Shown here: positions 1-11,561 of the stretch, piece after piece
How positions within the stretch are numbered: position 1 is the first letter of the stretch
Layout of the letters: each line of letters starts with the position of its first letter
Assembly: GCA_963514005.1 (NCBI GenBank)
Contig: OY740784.1
Coordinates: 73,904,001-73,968,000, forward strand
Reading direction: 5' to 3'
Source: Raja brachyura
Lineage: Eukaryota
Length of the DNA: 64,000 nt
Notes under the pieces: generated by a model
Database searches by the model: none
What the model was told of the DNA's origin: nothing
Seen by the model: the letters and a program-made list of their open reading frames with translations, nothing else
Translations under genes and position numbers: made by a program

Positions 1-199
1 GGAATATGTGACGTTTCTGGTCGAGATTCTTAATCAGATTGAGAGTCAGGGAGGGGGGAAACTAGAAGTATTGTATTAGGTAGAGAACAAAGGAGATTCT
101 GTATCGATGACTCAGGAAAGGTGGAGTCAACAATGGTTCATTGTTGGCAGGGGACGAAGGGATAACGAAGGAATCCAAATTATGAAATTAGCAAGAGGA

Positions 200-390
200 T
201 CAGGGTTGGAGAGGGAGGGAATGCAAGGGTTACTTGAAGTTAGGAAAATAGATAGGCTGGGTTGTAAGCTGCCCAAGTGAAATATGAGGTGCTGTTGCTC
301 CAATTTGTGTGTGACTCTGACAGTGGAGGAGACTCATGGCAGAAAAGTCAGTATGGGAGTGGGAAAGAGAGTTGAAATGTTTGGCAACTG
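200..390 (-). mobile_element. Degenerate Penelope-like element 3' region, interrupted at 390 by the hAT insertion
   Basis: Resembles 37290-37455 and 54850-55010 (gcccaagtgaaatatgaggtgctg...gagttgaa). The minus translation has a PAVAKHFNSLSHS-like GIY-YIG C-terminal remnant. The sequence resumes briefly after 5237. Confidence 0.75.
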
Positions 391-726
391 CAGGGCTATC
401 AACTCTCACGCTTTGAGCGTGAGAATCACGCATTTTAACAAATTATCACGCCTTCACGCTGATCAGAAATTTCTCACGTTCTGTGGTGAGAAATTCTGTG
501 ATCAATGAAAATTTCAAAACTTAGATAAACTGCATGGTTTGCAGGTGTTGGAGAGCCGGGGCTGAGGGAGGGATGGAAGCACAAGCAGCAGCGGAGACCG
601 ATGTGGACGGGGATCCGGGGTTGGTGAGTGTTTGCCGGGGCTGGTGAGTGTTTGGCGGGGCTGGCGAGTGTGGCGGGGCTGGCGACTGTTTGCGGGGCTG
701 GCGAGTTGCTCGCTGCAGCTCCGGCC

Positions 727-795
727 ATGGAGCAGTGCAAGAGTCCTGGGCCGTCGGAAGCGTTGTGCCGCTGCCGTGAGAGTCTCCGTGCCGAA
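727..795 (+). pseudogene. Truncated first copy of TDP2-like exon 1 (MEQCKSPGPSEALCRCRESLRAE)
   Basis: GCCATGG start context. Paralogous to 1816-1890 and broken off by the GA tract. Confidence 0.55.
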
Positions 796-796
796 G

Positions 797-1571
797 GGAC
801 AGAGACTCTCAAAGGGAGGCGGAGAGAGAGGGGGGAAGGAGACAGGGAGATGGGGGGGGGGGGGGGGGAGAGAGAGAGAGGGGAGAGACGGAGAGTGGGG
901 AGAGAGAAGAGTGAGAGGGAGAGGGTGGGAGAGAGGAGTAGGGAGAGAGGGGGAGGGTGAGGTGAGAGAGGGGTGGGAAGAGAGAGGGGTGAGAGGGAAG
1001 AAAAAGGGAAGAGAGAGGGTGGAGAGGGAGGAGTGGGTAGGAGAGAATGGGAGAGAGAGAGAGGGGTGGTAAAAGAGAGGGGAGAGAGGGGGAAGAGAGA
1101 AAGGGGCGAAAGAGAGATGGGGGCAAAGAGAAAGAGGAGATAGAGACGGGAGAAAGAGAGAGGGGAGAGAGAGCAAGGGGAAGAGTGAGGTGGGAGGGAG
1201 AAATTGGGGAGAGAGAGGGGGAGAGAGAGATGAGAGAGTGGGGAGAGGAGTTTGTGGAGAGGGAGCGAGGGGGTAAGAAAGAGAGAGGGAGAGGGAGGGG
1301 GGGAAGCGAGGGTGAGGAGAAAGAGACGGGGAGAGAGAAGAAAGAGGGGAGGGAGAGAGAGGAGAGGGACGGGAAGAGAAAGGAGAGGGAAGGGGAGAGA
1401 GGGGGGTGAGAGGAGAGAGAGCGAGATACACAGAGGGGGAGGGGAGAGATAGAGGGGGGAGGGGAAGAGAGAGAGAGAGAAGGGAGAGAGAGAGGGAGGA
1501 GAGTGAGGTGGGAGGGAGAGAGAGGGGAGAGAAAGAGAGGTGGAGAGAGAAGAGAGAGGGGGATAGAGAGG
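797..1571. repeat. Polypurine (GA-rich) low-complexity tract
   Basis: About 775 bp of almost pure G/A. It accounts for the Pro/Ser/Leu and Arg/Glu/Gly junk ORFs. Confidence 0.95.
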
Positions 1572-1890
1572 CAGGGCTGCCAACTCCCATGCATTGAGCG
1601 TGAGAATCATGCATTTCGCCAAATTCTCACACTGATCACAAATGTTGCATGCTCTGTCGTGAGAAATTCTGTGATCAACAAAAATTTGAAAACTCATATT
1701 AACTGCATGGGCCATGGGTGTTGGAAGCAGAAGCAGCAACAGGGACAGATGCGGACGGGGAGCGGGGCTGGCGAGTGTTTGTCGGGCTGGCGAGTCGCTC
1801 ACTGCAGCTCCGGCCATGGAGCAGCCTCAGTGCTCAGTGCAAGGCGTCAGAAGCGTTGCGCCGCTGCCATGAGAGTCTCTGTGCCAAATT
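1572..1890 (+). repeat. Internal duplicate of the transposon left end (copy of ~391-795)
   Basis: Starts CAGGGCTGCCAAC, the exact reverse complement of the right TIR, and runs colinear with 391-795. Confidence 0.9.
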
Positions 1891-1960
1891 CGCCCAGGTG
1901 ACCAGCATGGATCAGGCTGCGGCTCGGTGCATCCTGGAGGACAACCAGTGGCTGCTGGAA
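1816..1960 (+). pseudogene. TDP2: TDP2-like exon 1 fragment (UBA-like domain N-terminal part), frameshifted relative to its ATG
   Basis: Encodes LCAKFAQVTSMDQAAARCILEDNQWLLE, matching recalled human TDP2 LCVEFASVASCDAAVAQCFLAENDWEME. Followed by a phase-0 consensus donor GAA|GTAAGT at 1960/1961. No downstream TDP2 exons were recognised. Confidence 0.72.
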
Positions 1961-2069
1961 GTAAGTACCAAGCACTGGGTAGAAACGGTGGAAGATAGTG
2001 GACTTCAAATGGGGCTGGTTGGAGAATGCATCCTGCTTGCCTGCTCGATTTTCACTTACTGTAACTGCA

Positions 2070-2410
2070 GGAAAAATGTTCCCGATGTTGGGGGAGTTCA
2101 GAACTAGGGGTCACAGTTTAAGAATAAAGTGGGGGGGGGCAGTTAGAACTGAGATGAGGACAAACTTTCTTCACGCAGAGAGTTGTGAATCTGTGGAATT
2201 CTCTGCCACAGAAGGCACTACAGACCAATTCACTGGACGTTTTCAAGAGAGAGTTACATTTAGTTCTTGGGGCTAATGAAATCAAGGGATATGGGGTAAA
2301 AATAGGAAAGAGGTACTGATTTTAGATGAATAGCCATGATCATATTGAATGGCAGTGCTGGCTCGAAGGGCTGATGGCCTATTCCTGCACCTATTTTCTA
2401 TGTTTCTATG
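2070..2410 (+). mobile_element. CR1 LINE 3' fragment inside the hAT element
   Basis: MFPMLGEFRTRGHSLRIK motif and a ttctatg tail. Confidence 0.85.
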
Positions 2411-4603
2411 CTTGAGCATATGGCAATAAAACTCGATTTTGAAGCATTCATGCATGGTGGAGGTATAATGTAGTCACAGATTGATACAGTGTGAAAACAG
2501 GCCCTTCGGCGCAACTTGCCCACACCCGCCAACATGTCCCAGCTACGCTACCTGCTTTTGGTCCATACCTCCAAACCTGTCCTATCCGTGTATCAGTCTA
2601 ACTGTTTCTTAAATGTTGGGATGGTCCCTGCCTCAACTACCTCATCTGGCAGCTTGCTCCATACACCCACCACCCTTTGTGTGGATAAAGTTACCCCTTA
2701 AAAAGTTACCTCTTAAAAATACTTCATACAAAAAACATTGAAATCATACTTCTACAATGCACTAAAACATGATTTTAATACATCAAATTTCAAAAGGTTC
2801 TTACCCTGGGAGGGGGGAACACCCTTCTTCCACACCCTCTCCCCACTCGGTTGCTCCAGTCCCTCACCGGGTACCCCTAAGGCCAGTGATCAGTGATCGC
2901 TCAGCCTCCCCACTTTCGAAAATGCTCCGCGGCCCCTGGTTCAGACGGAGAACACTGCCAGATGTGAGCGGGGAACTGAGGCCAGTTGTCCGTGATGTCT
3001 GGATCCCAATGCTCAGCGCTTCATGTTTCGGAGTTGGCTAATGTTATTGATTTGTAATTAGTTGACAAAACCGTAATTTATTAATCCGGAATATCCTTGG
3101 GGATGGGATAAATGTAATATTAAATGACATGCAAGGTGTCAGGCTGTCTGTCACAACATACAACCCTGATAATACATTATTTCCTTCAGTTAAATATTGG
3201 GAAGGTAGCACTATTGTCATTTGCCACTAAATTATTATGTTTGTTTACCTCACTAACTATTTCTAACCCCCCCCCCCCCCCCAATTCCTTTGACAAGTTG
3301 AATAGAAATGCCCCCAATCTCGTTGTTTTATTAATTGAACATGTAGATGAACATGCTCAAGGAGTGTAATCATATGGAAACTGATTCAGATGCAATATTT
3401 AAGAGCTTGTTCATAGAAAGGGCATATTTTAAAGGAGTGACAGATACCTGCAGGGGAATGTGTGAGGAGATTATTATTTGTCTTTAGTTTTTGCTTGAAC
3501 CAGGACATCTGCAGATTCAAAGTTTAATATAGTAATTGTGCTGATACTGACCCCCAAGCAACCACGTAATGAATATCATCCATTCTGGAGGTTTTACTTT
3601 TATGATGCCATTTAAACTTCACTTGGATTTCAATCACTGCAATGTAAAAGTGATTGGGAATGGGGAGCATTGGAACAAACATTTGCCCTTGGTACATATT
3701 AACTGTAATGTAATAATGTATGCATGTTGGTAGGTGCAATCAAAACAAAAATATTTTTTATCATTGTTGTGTTATGAATACCACAGAAAATATTATGTAC
3801 TTTCAAGATCACAGTTAATAGAATAATATTGCTTAAATATATAGTTATTGGACTTTGCATTTCGGAAAAGTCCCAGCTGAGAGGAAGAAAGCAAAATACT
3901 GAAAATATTGGGGGTGAAAATGACTTCAGGACAGTTTGTTACGAAAATGAAAGAAATTGTATCAGAATACTTATACAGTTGAGTGAGATTAATTTCATGG
4001 ATGGGAATTGTGTTCAACCAACTTCTTTGACAAAGTAACTGGCATGTTAGATAACAAGGAAGCCAATGAATGTAGCAAATTTTCTTATCCATAATTTGGT
4101 CTGTGAAGTGCCCCATAAAGGATTACTGCATTAGATAAGCACCTGTGGACTTGAACGTAATAGGTTAAGTCCAGGGGGTCAGATATGGGGCTTTATGTGT
4201 GGGCCAGATATATTGTCAGTGCAAAGGGGCTAGGAGCAAGGTCAAGTTTGCATCCAGAATCAAGGTCTAGAATAGTACTAGGTGTGCAGTCAAAGCTGGG
4301 ACCAAGGGTGTGTTCAGCACTGGGAACCTAAGCAGGTAAGCAGCTATGATCAGGGTAGAATAGGGGGCCAGGTGTAAGGCTGGACTCGGGGTCAGGAATG
4401 AGAGACGGTATGCAACTGGAGTCAGGGCCAGGAGTAGTACCAGGTGTGCAGTGAGACCCAGGTTGGTCAACATGGGCCAAATGCTTGATTATAATCTGAT
4501 TTCCATTAATGAATACACTAAGATCATTCATGTGCTGTACCTGGTGATCAGATCCTGGGCTCTACTGTGGAATGTAATTAGGAATGTAATTTACTCTAAC
4601 CTT

Positions 4604-5154
4604 AAGGGCCTGTCCCATCAGCATGCGACTCCATGCGGTGAGCGCGACCTAACGTGGTCGCATGACGCGTCCGGTCTCGCGGGGCAGGTCCCACTTCGAT
4701 CACCGTGTGTAGTTGTGCGGAGCTGTTCCCGACACCGCGCGGGGCTCCGAAAAACTGACCGTGTTCAAAAATTCCGCGCGGCAACGGCTTGTCGGCTCGC
4801 AGCCGCCGCAACGCATTACGCACCGCCTCGACGTCGTGCCTCCATGACCCTCTCTATATGTGCCTCTGTTACCCTCTGTGTGTGTGCCTCCGTGACCCTC
4901 TCTGTGTGCCTCCGTGTCCCTCTCTGTGTGTCCCTCTCTGTCCTTGCGAAATTACCGCGGACATCGCTCCAACTTTGCGCCGCGTCGCACCACTCACCCG
5001 ACCTCCGCGCGGCCCCCGCTGCCGGTTTGGTCGCGCTCGCCGCATGCTGGTGGGACCGGTCCTGTACGGGGATCACCCGACCTCCGCGCGGCCCCTGCTT
5101 CCAGTTTGGTTGCGCTCACCGCATGGAGTCGCATGCTGATGGGACAGGCCCTTT
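4604..5154. mobile_element. PIF/Harbinger-like MITE nested in the hAT element
   Basis: TIRs AGGGCCTGTCCCA...TGGGACAGGCCCT with TTA/TAA flanks. A homologous copy lies inverted at 19776-20355. Confidence 0.8.
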
Positions 5155-5802
5155 ATTCATTGCTACTCTCCCTCAGGTTTGGTCTCGCAATTTCTCACTT
5201 CCAACTCTCACCCAATGTTGGCAGCCCTGGGCAACTGGGAGATAGTTACTAAGGTCCTTCACACTCAAGATTATTTCTCTACTTCCTTCTTTTCTTGCTT
5301 ATCATGCTTATCATGTTTTTGGCTGATCAGTTACTATTTTCTGGTGTGTTTTTGTCAAATGTGGTTAATTTTCTAGGGAAGTGCATGTTACTATGTTCTG
5401 TTGTGCTGCAACAAACAAGAATGCTATTGTCCCATCTGGGACACATGACAATAAACTCTCTTGACTTGAAGTGCCTGGAGTGTTGTTCTATTTTAAAGTT
5501 GCTCTCTAGCATAGTTATTATCAAGCTTATAATTGTAAAAGAGTACTGTTCTGTGGGGACACATTATTTACTGGGATAAATGCCAGGGGGCGGAAGAAGA
5601 GAACAGTTTATTTCTCTTTTACTATATGATAATTTGTAATTGCAGATTTCCACCAATAAGTTGTACACTTTTACATTCATTCAAGTCTAGTTAGTTTTAT
5701 TAAATTGTTTTAACTCTGCACTCCTGAGCTCTTACCTTTATGTTCTTTCGTAGCTTGTGGTGATGCTGAATCTGTTGATGATTGGCGCCAGGCCCTTGCA
5801 GG

Positions 5803-6027
5803 ATGAGCAAATTGCCGACTGGCCCGGAAAATGCTGGAGTCAATTCCTTTGGTCACAGTGCCTCCATCAGTACTATGCAATCCATCACCGCAGCCCAAGT
5901 TGCAGCTAGGTTAGACTCGTATAAACCAATTGGTAAAAGAAATATTTCTGATGTCAGGAGGACTTTCTGTTTATTTGTTACGTTTGATCTACTATTTGTT
6001 GGTTTGTTGTGGATAATCGAATTGAAT
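5803..6027 (+). CDS. STARD3NL: STARD3NL (MENTHO) coding exon 1
   Basis: MSKLP...ISDVRRTFCLFVTFDLLFVGLLWIIELN, the MENTAL domain start. Acceptor TTTCGTAG ends at 5753, ATG at 5803, donor GTAAGT at 6028. 225 coding nt. Confidence 0.95.
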
Positions 6028-7173
6028 GTAAGTACTAAACTTTTTATTGATTTGCATTCTGATGAACGGGTTTTAATAATTCTGTTGTTTATTGAAACGA
6101 CCTTGTGGATATAATTGTGGGGTTAAGTAACAGCTGAGAGAAGGAGTCGGTAGGAGGCTTGGCTTGTGGCGAAAGCATAGAGGGCAGGATCTCACCAAAA
6201 ATGGATGGAGAGTAGTTATACACAAGCTTTCCTTCGGAACAGATGGGATCAAGGCCTACAGTTTCTGGTTATGTTTTATGCCTTTGTCAGGAATGCTCAT
6301 TTTATATTTCATATGTCAGCAATGATTTGGTCAGAAAGTTTCTTATTGCAAAATCAGATATTACAATCAGGTCATGTTTTTATTCATCTAATGACGGTAA
6401 CTTTTTTGGGAAGTCACAGTAAACTATAGATAACTTCTGTATTTATAAGCTTTGTGTTGATATTTCTCCCCCTGTTCCCTTTTCTATCCTGGTTCCGCAC
6501 CATTAGCATCCTTGCTCTTTGTCGAGAAAGAGTTGTAAACCAAATTATGTGCAAATTCTTCTGCTGGTCTGTGCCTGACGACTTTAGCAGTTTTATCTCT
6601 TTTTCTCCTGACAGTAAATTCTGTTTTCCCTATTATTTTCAGCCAGCAACTTTATTTCAGTAGTTAGTTGACCAGAATTGCACAACATGATTTTTTGTGG
6701 ATCTGATTTATTTTATTTTGTAATATTCTGGGAACCTTTGCTTTCAATTTTGCAGTTGAGCCGATCTCCTACTTTCATTTTTTTTAACTGGGTGGCACAG
6801 TGACGCAGTGGTAGACTTGCCGCGTAACCGCGCCAGAGACCCAAGTTCAATCCTATGACTGTGAGTTTTCCCCGTGGTGCGAAACTATATGGGGGGGGGG
6901 GGGGGGGGGGGGAGGAGGACCTCAATAAGCCAATCACAAATAAAGATCATATCATACATTTATTGACAGTCCCTAACCCAGTCACAAAGTACCCCATTAC
7001 ATAGTTTCCACAGAAGACAGTTCACCAAAGTAAAGAAACATTTCCCAGGTAATATAAACAATTTGAACAAGGCTCATACATTGACCAATCATAAGATAAC
7101 AGCACAAACACTCTGCAGCATAATTAACAATGCTTTACAACACCCCAATCTATAACCAATCCATTTGCAACCC

Positions 7174-7304
7174 TGTTAAAGAAGGAACTGCAGATGCTGG
7201 AGAATCGAGGGTTACACAAAAAGCTGGAGAAACTCAGCGGGTGCAGCAGCATCTAAGGAGCGAAGGAGATAGGCGACGTTTCGGGTCGAGACCCTTCTTC
7301 AGAC
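7174..7304 (-). mobile_element. Solo Penelope pseudo-LTR with hammerhead motif
   Basis: Near-identical to the termini of 36954-38426. The minus strand reads CTGAAGA-AGGGTCTCGACCC-GAAACGTC at 7275-7304. Confidence 0.8.
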
Positions 7305-8295
7305 GCCCTGCCCAGCTCTTTCTGCAAAACCCTCATACATATTAACAATAGGGAGGACATCTGGACATCACCTTGTACTTACTTCCTCCCAGGGTCCAGA
7401 CACCCTGGAGCCATGACTTATGGCCTTGTAGCTTTTCACAGAAAGAAAACAAGCAGGCTTTGCAAGTGCAGAGATCCTCCATTTTGTGACATATATATTT
7501 GGCCAATATTATCAATAAGATCCATGGAGATCTAGCAAACTGGATACAGAATTGGCTTCATGGAAGGAAGGCAACGGTGGCAGTGAAAGGCTGTTTTTCG
7601 GACTGGAGGCCTGTGGCGAGGGGTATGACTCAGGGATTTGTACAAGGCAAGATTTAGTAAGTTTACAGCTGACATTAAAATGGGTGGTATCGTAGATAAT
7701 GCAGAAGATTATCAAAAAACACAGCAGGCTCTTCATCATCTCACCAAGAGGGCTGCAGAATGGCTTATGGGGCTTGATGCAGATAAGTGAGATGTATTGG
7801 TTTGGACACGATGGGCAATATTTAATATGAACCTAATATATGGACAACCACCCTCTGATTGAAAAAGTTGCCCTTCAGGTGCAGCAGTTGAGACAAGTTC
7901 TATAACAGCATTTAAAACACACTTGGACGGGTATGTATAGGAAAGGTTTTGAGAGATATGGACCAAGCACAAACAAATGGGACTAGCTATGATAGAGCAT
8001 CTTAATCGGCATGGATGACTTGGGCTGAAGGGCCTGTTTTCTTGCTGTATAACTGTGACAATGTGGCATTAATAGCAGCACTGTTTAGAATCCCACAAAC
8101 AGAACATTAATTTTGTTGAAATCATTATTAATAGTGTTGTCACTTTGACTGGTAAAAATTGCTATGTGTATTTGATCCACATTTTAAATTAAAAAATAGT
8201 TGCCAAACATTTCTAGATGTAACATTATTTCACTCAGTTTCATTAACAACTGTTAACAAAGTGATTCTACTTATCTTTCCTTTTATGTTTTCCAG

Positions 8296-8373
8296 GTAGA
8301 TGGAGGCATAATTCATAGTTTAAAGAATGAAGTTATTAATTATAAATTCAAGAACTCTTACTTCGATATATTT
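8296..8373 (+). CDS. STARD3NL: STARD3NL coding exon 2
   Basis: ttccag|VDGGIIHSLKNEVINYKFKNSYFDIF|gtgagt; 78 nt, phase 0. Confidence 0.95.
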
Positions 8374-8466
8374 GTGAGTAAATGTTCTCATTTCCCTTGA
8401 AGAACTTGCTAAATGCTACATTCTAAATCTGGTGTGAGTTTTATGTATCTGTCTTTGTTTTTGCAG

Positions 8467-8544
8467 TTACTGGCAGTATTTCGATTCTTTATGCTAGTTT
8501 TTGCATACGCACTGTGTAGGTTACGCCATTGGTGGGTGATTGCG
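8467..8544 (+). CDS. STARD3NL: STARD3NL coding exon 3
   Basis: ttgcag|LLAVFRFFMLVFAYALCRLRHWWVIA|gtgagt; 78 nt. Confidence 0.95.
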
Positions 8545-8984
8545 GTGAGTGACTCTTCTTGGCTGTTATGATGGGAAATTGACTTATTAAATGTCGCCCA
8601 GAATCGCGACTCTTTTCAAATCAGGCAAAAATTAGAAAAATATTGTACACATCTGATTTTTAGGTTATGGCACTCTATTGCAGGGGAATGAATCAACGGT
8701 CTTAGTGCTAACTGTCCACATTGACAACTATCCTAAAGGATATATTCTCTACAATCACCTGAGCAATAAACTTGCCTTTTGCCTGGTTGCCAAGGCAAGT
8801 CTAATACAAGGTGATTATAGACGTTGTATCCTGACAACCAATAATCAATAATTATCGGTTGGATGAGAACATTAGCACTTTCCTCCAAATGTTGTTTTCT
8901 CACTGCATAGACAACAGAGCAGCCTGAACATGTTGGAGACAGCGGGGGTATTAGAAATGGTAAAGTTGCTTTTATATAAGGTTA

Positions 8985-11210
8985 TAAGGAATAGGAGTAG
9001 AATTTGGCTATTCGGCCCATCAAGTCTACTCTGCCATTCAATTATGGCTGAGCTATCTCTCCTTCCTCACCCCATTCTCCTTCTCCCCATAACCTCTGAC
9101 ACCTGTACTAATCAAGAATCTATCTCTGCCTTAAAAATATTCACTCTTGACTTGGCAAAGAATTCCACAGATTCACTACCCTCTGACTAAATAAATTTCT
9201 CCTCATCTTCCTAAAAGAACGTCCTTTAATTCTCTGGCTATCACCTCTAGTCGCAGCCTTTCCCGCTGGTGGAAATTTCTCTCCACATCCACTATATCCA
9301 AGCCTTTCACTATTCTGTATGTTTCAATGAAGTCCCCCCTCATTCTTCTGAACTCCATCGAGTACAGGCCCAGTGTCGACAAATGCTCATCATAGGTTAA
9401 CCTACTCAATCCTGAATTATTCTTGTAAACCTCCTCTGGACCCTCTCCAGAGCCAACACATCCTTCGTCAGATATGGTGTCCAAAATTGCTCACAATATT
9501 CCAAAGGCAGTCTTACCAGCACTTTATAGAGCCTCAATATTACATCCCTGTTTTTGTATATAAGCCCTCTTGAAATGAATGCCATTCGCATTATGTTTGC
9601 TTTCTTTGCTACCGATTCGACTTGCAGATTTACTTTTTGGGAATCCTGCACCAGCACACCCAAGTCCCTTTGCACCTCCGATTTCAGGATTCTCACCCCA
9701 TTTAGAAAATTGTCTACGCCATTGTTCCTACTACCAAAATGCATGACTGCACACTTTGCTACACAATATTCCATCTGCTACTGCTCTGCCCACTCCCAAC
9801 CTGTCCAAGTCCTTCTGCAGAGTCCCTGCTTTGTCTACACTACCTGCCTCTCCACCTATTTCCGTATCATCTGCAAACTTGGTCACAAAGCCTTCAATCC
9901 CCTCGTCCAAACCATTAATATAAAATGTGAAGAGTAGCGGCCCCAGCACCGACCCTTGTGAAGCTCCACTAGTCACTGGCAGCCAACCAGAAAAAGCCCC
10001 CTTTATTGCCACTCTTTGTCTTCTGTCATCTAACCAACCTGCTATCCATGCTTGTATCTGCCCTTTGATACCGTGGGCTCTCATCTTCCTTAGCAGCCTA
10101 ACGTGTGGCACCATATCTAAGTAAACAACATCTACTGACACTCCTTTGTCTGTGCTGCTATTTACTTTTTCAACGAATTCCAGCAAATATGTTAAGCAAG
10201 ACTTCCCCTTCACAAAGCCATGCTGACTTTGGCCTATTTTATCGTGAACTTCTAAGTATTCCGTAACCTCATCCTTTATAATGGACTCTAAAATCTTACC
10301 AACTTTTTTGTGCTGCGGGGTAATATTGGCAATTTTCCAGTCATCTGCGACCCCTCCTGACTCTAGTGATTCCTGGAATATCACTATCAATGCCTCCACA
10401 ATCTCTAAAGCCACCTCTTTCAGAACCCTAGGGTGCAGTCCATCCGGCCCCAGTGACCTATCCACCTTCAGCCCTTTCAGCTTCCCAAGCATCCTCGCCC
10501 TAGTAATAGCCACTCCACCATCTTTGACTCTCTGATTCTCTTGAATTTCAGGCATATTGCTGGTGTATTCCCCTGTGAAGACTGATGCAAAAAAAGTTAT
10601 TCAACTACTCTGCCATTACTATATTCCCCATTATCACTTCTGCATTATTCTCCAACGGTCCAATGTCAATTCTTGCCTCTTGCTCTTTATATAACTGAAT
10701 AAACTCTTGCTATCCTATTTTATATTATTGGCTAGCTTACATCTGTATTTCATCATTTCTCCCCTTATTGTATTTTTAGTTACCCTCTGTTATTCTTTAA
10801 AAGCTTCCCAATCCTCTGGCATCCCACTAAACTTTGCTATGTTATACGCCTTCTCTTTTACTTTTATTCTGTCAGTGACTTCCCTTGTCAGCCATGGTTG
10901 CCTCTTTCTCCCCCTAGAATCTTTCTTCCTCTTTGGAATGAAAATATCCTGCTTCTTCCGGATTATTCCCAGAAATCTGTGCCATTGCTGTTCCACTGTC
11001 ATCCCTGCTAGGGTCCTTTTCCAGTCAGCTATGGCCAGCTCCTCCCTCATGCCTCTGTAGTCCCCTTTTGGCAAGCTGCAGTACTGACACATCCAATATT
11101 GCCTTCCCCCCTCAAATTGCAGATTAAAACGTATCACATTGTCGTCGCTACCTCTTAATGGTTCCTTTACATTGAATTCCTTTTTCACTGTAAATATGCC
11201 TTCATTCAAA
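8985..11210 (-). mobile_element. CR1 LINE, 5'-truncated and degenerate
   Basis: RT motifs (GPDGLHPRVLKE, QHGFVKGKSCLT, QGSVLGPLLF, KFADDT) in broken ORFs. Confidence 0.93.
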
Positions 11211-11284
11211 TCGCATTTAGATTAGGTGTGAAAGTTTTCATAGCCGCAACTCTGCGGTAACAGGGAATTCTTCTTCTGTTCCAG

Positions 11285-11338
11285 GTTACAACTGCTGTTA
11301 CCAGTGCCTTTCTAATTGCAAAGGTCATCATTTCCAAG
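11285..11338 (+). CDS. STARD3NL: STARD3NL coding exon 4
   Basis: ttccag|VTTAVTSAFLIAKVIISK|gtatga; 54 nt. Confidence 0.95.
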
Positions 11339-11440
11339 GTATGAAGTAATCATTGAAACTTACGTTCTGTCCAAAAGATTTATGCTGAGATATACCTGCA
11401 GCTAATTTCTTTGACCTAAACATGTTGGATTTCACTTTAG

Positions 11441-11561
11441 CTCTTGGCGGAAGGTACAGCCTTTGCCTATTTGCTGCCAATAATCTCCTTCATACTGGCC
11501 TGGATCGAGACGTGGTTTCTGGATTTTAAAGTTTTGCCACAAGAGGCGAAGGATGAAAACA
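11441..11561 (+). CDS. STARD3NL: STARD3NL coding exon 5
   Basis: ctttag|LLAEGTAFAYLLPIISFILAWIETWFLDFKVLPQEAKDEN+A|gttagt; 121 nt, ends phase 1. Confidence 0.95.

Larger units (their letters stand above)
391..5229. mobile_element. Non-autonomous hAT-type DNA transposon (Pack-TIR-like) with captured host sequence
   Basis: Left end CAGGGCTATCAAC (391-403) and right end GTTGGCAGCCCTG (5217-5229). Identical 8-bp flanks GGCAACTG at 383-390 and 5230-5237. Subterminal TCTCAC/GTGAGA motifs at both ends. No transposase ORF. Confidence 0.88.

Noticed and set aside
474-1817. Long ORFs of 261-447 aa (Pro/Ser/Leu-rich, and shorter Arg/Glu/Gly-rich ones)
   Set aside because: They are artefacts of the stop-poor GA tract.
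1718-2107. A functional TDP2 gene, or an in-frame UBA-STARD3NL fusion
   Set aside because: No further TDP2 exons were recognised, the ATG is frameshifted from the UBA frame, and splicing to 5754 is out of frame with STARD3NL.
3524-3739. Peptide FVPMLPIPNHFYIAVIEI resembling a Ulp1 protease His motif
   Set aside because: The match is short, with no other catalytic motifs or exon structure; probably chance.
4140-4480. Recurrent ccaggtgtgcagt-like units as a regular array
   Set aside because: The units are irregular and degenerate, consistent with an old minisatellite-like sequence.
4451-5245. 264-aa ORF
   Set aside because: It runs through a GC-rich MITE with microsatellite and has no protein-like features.
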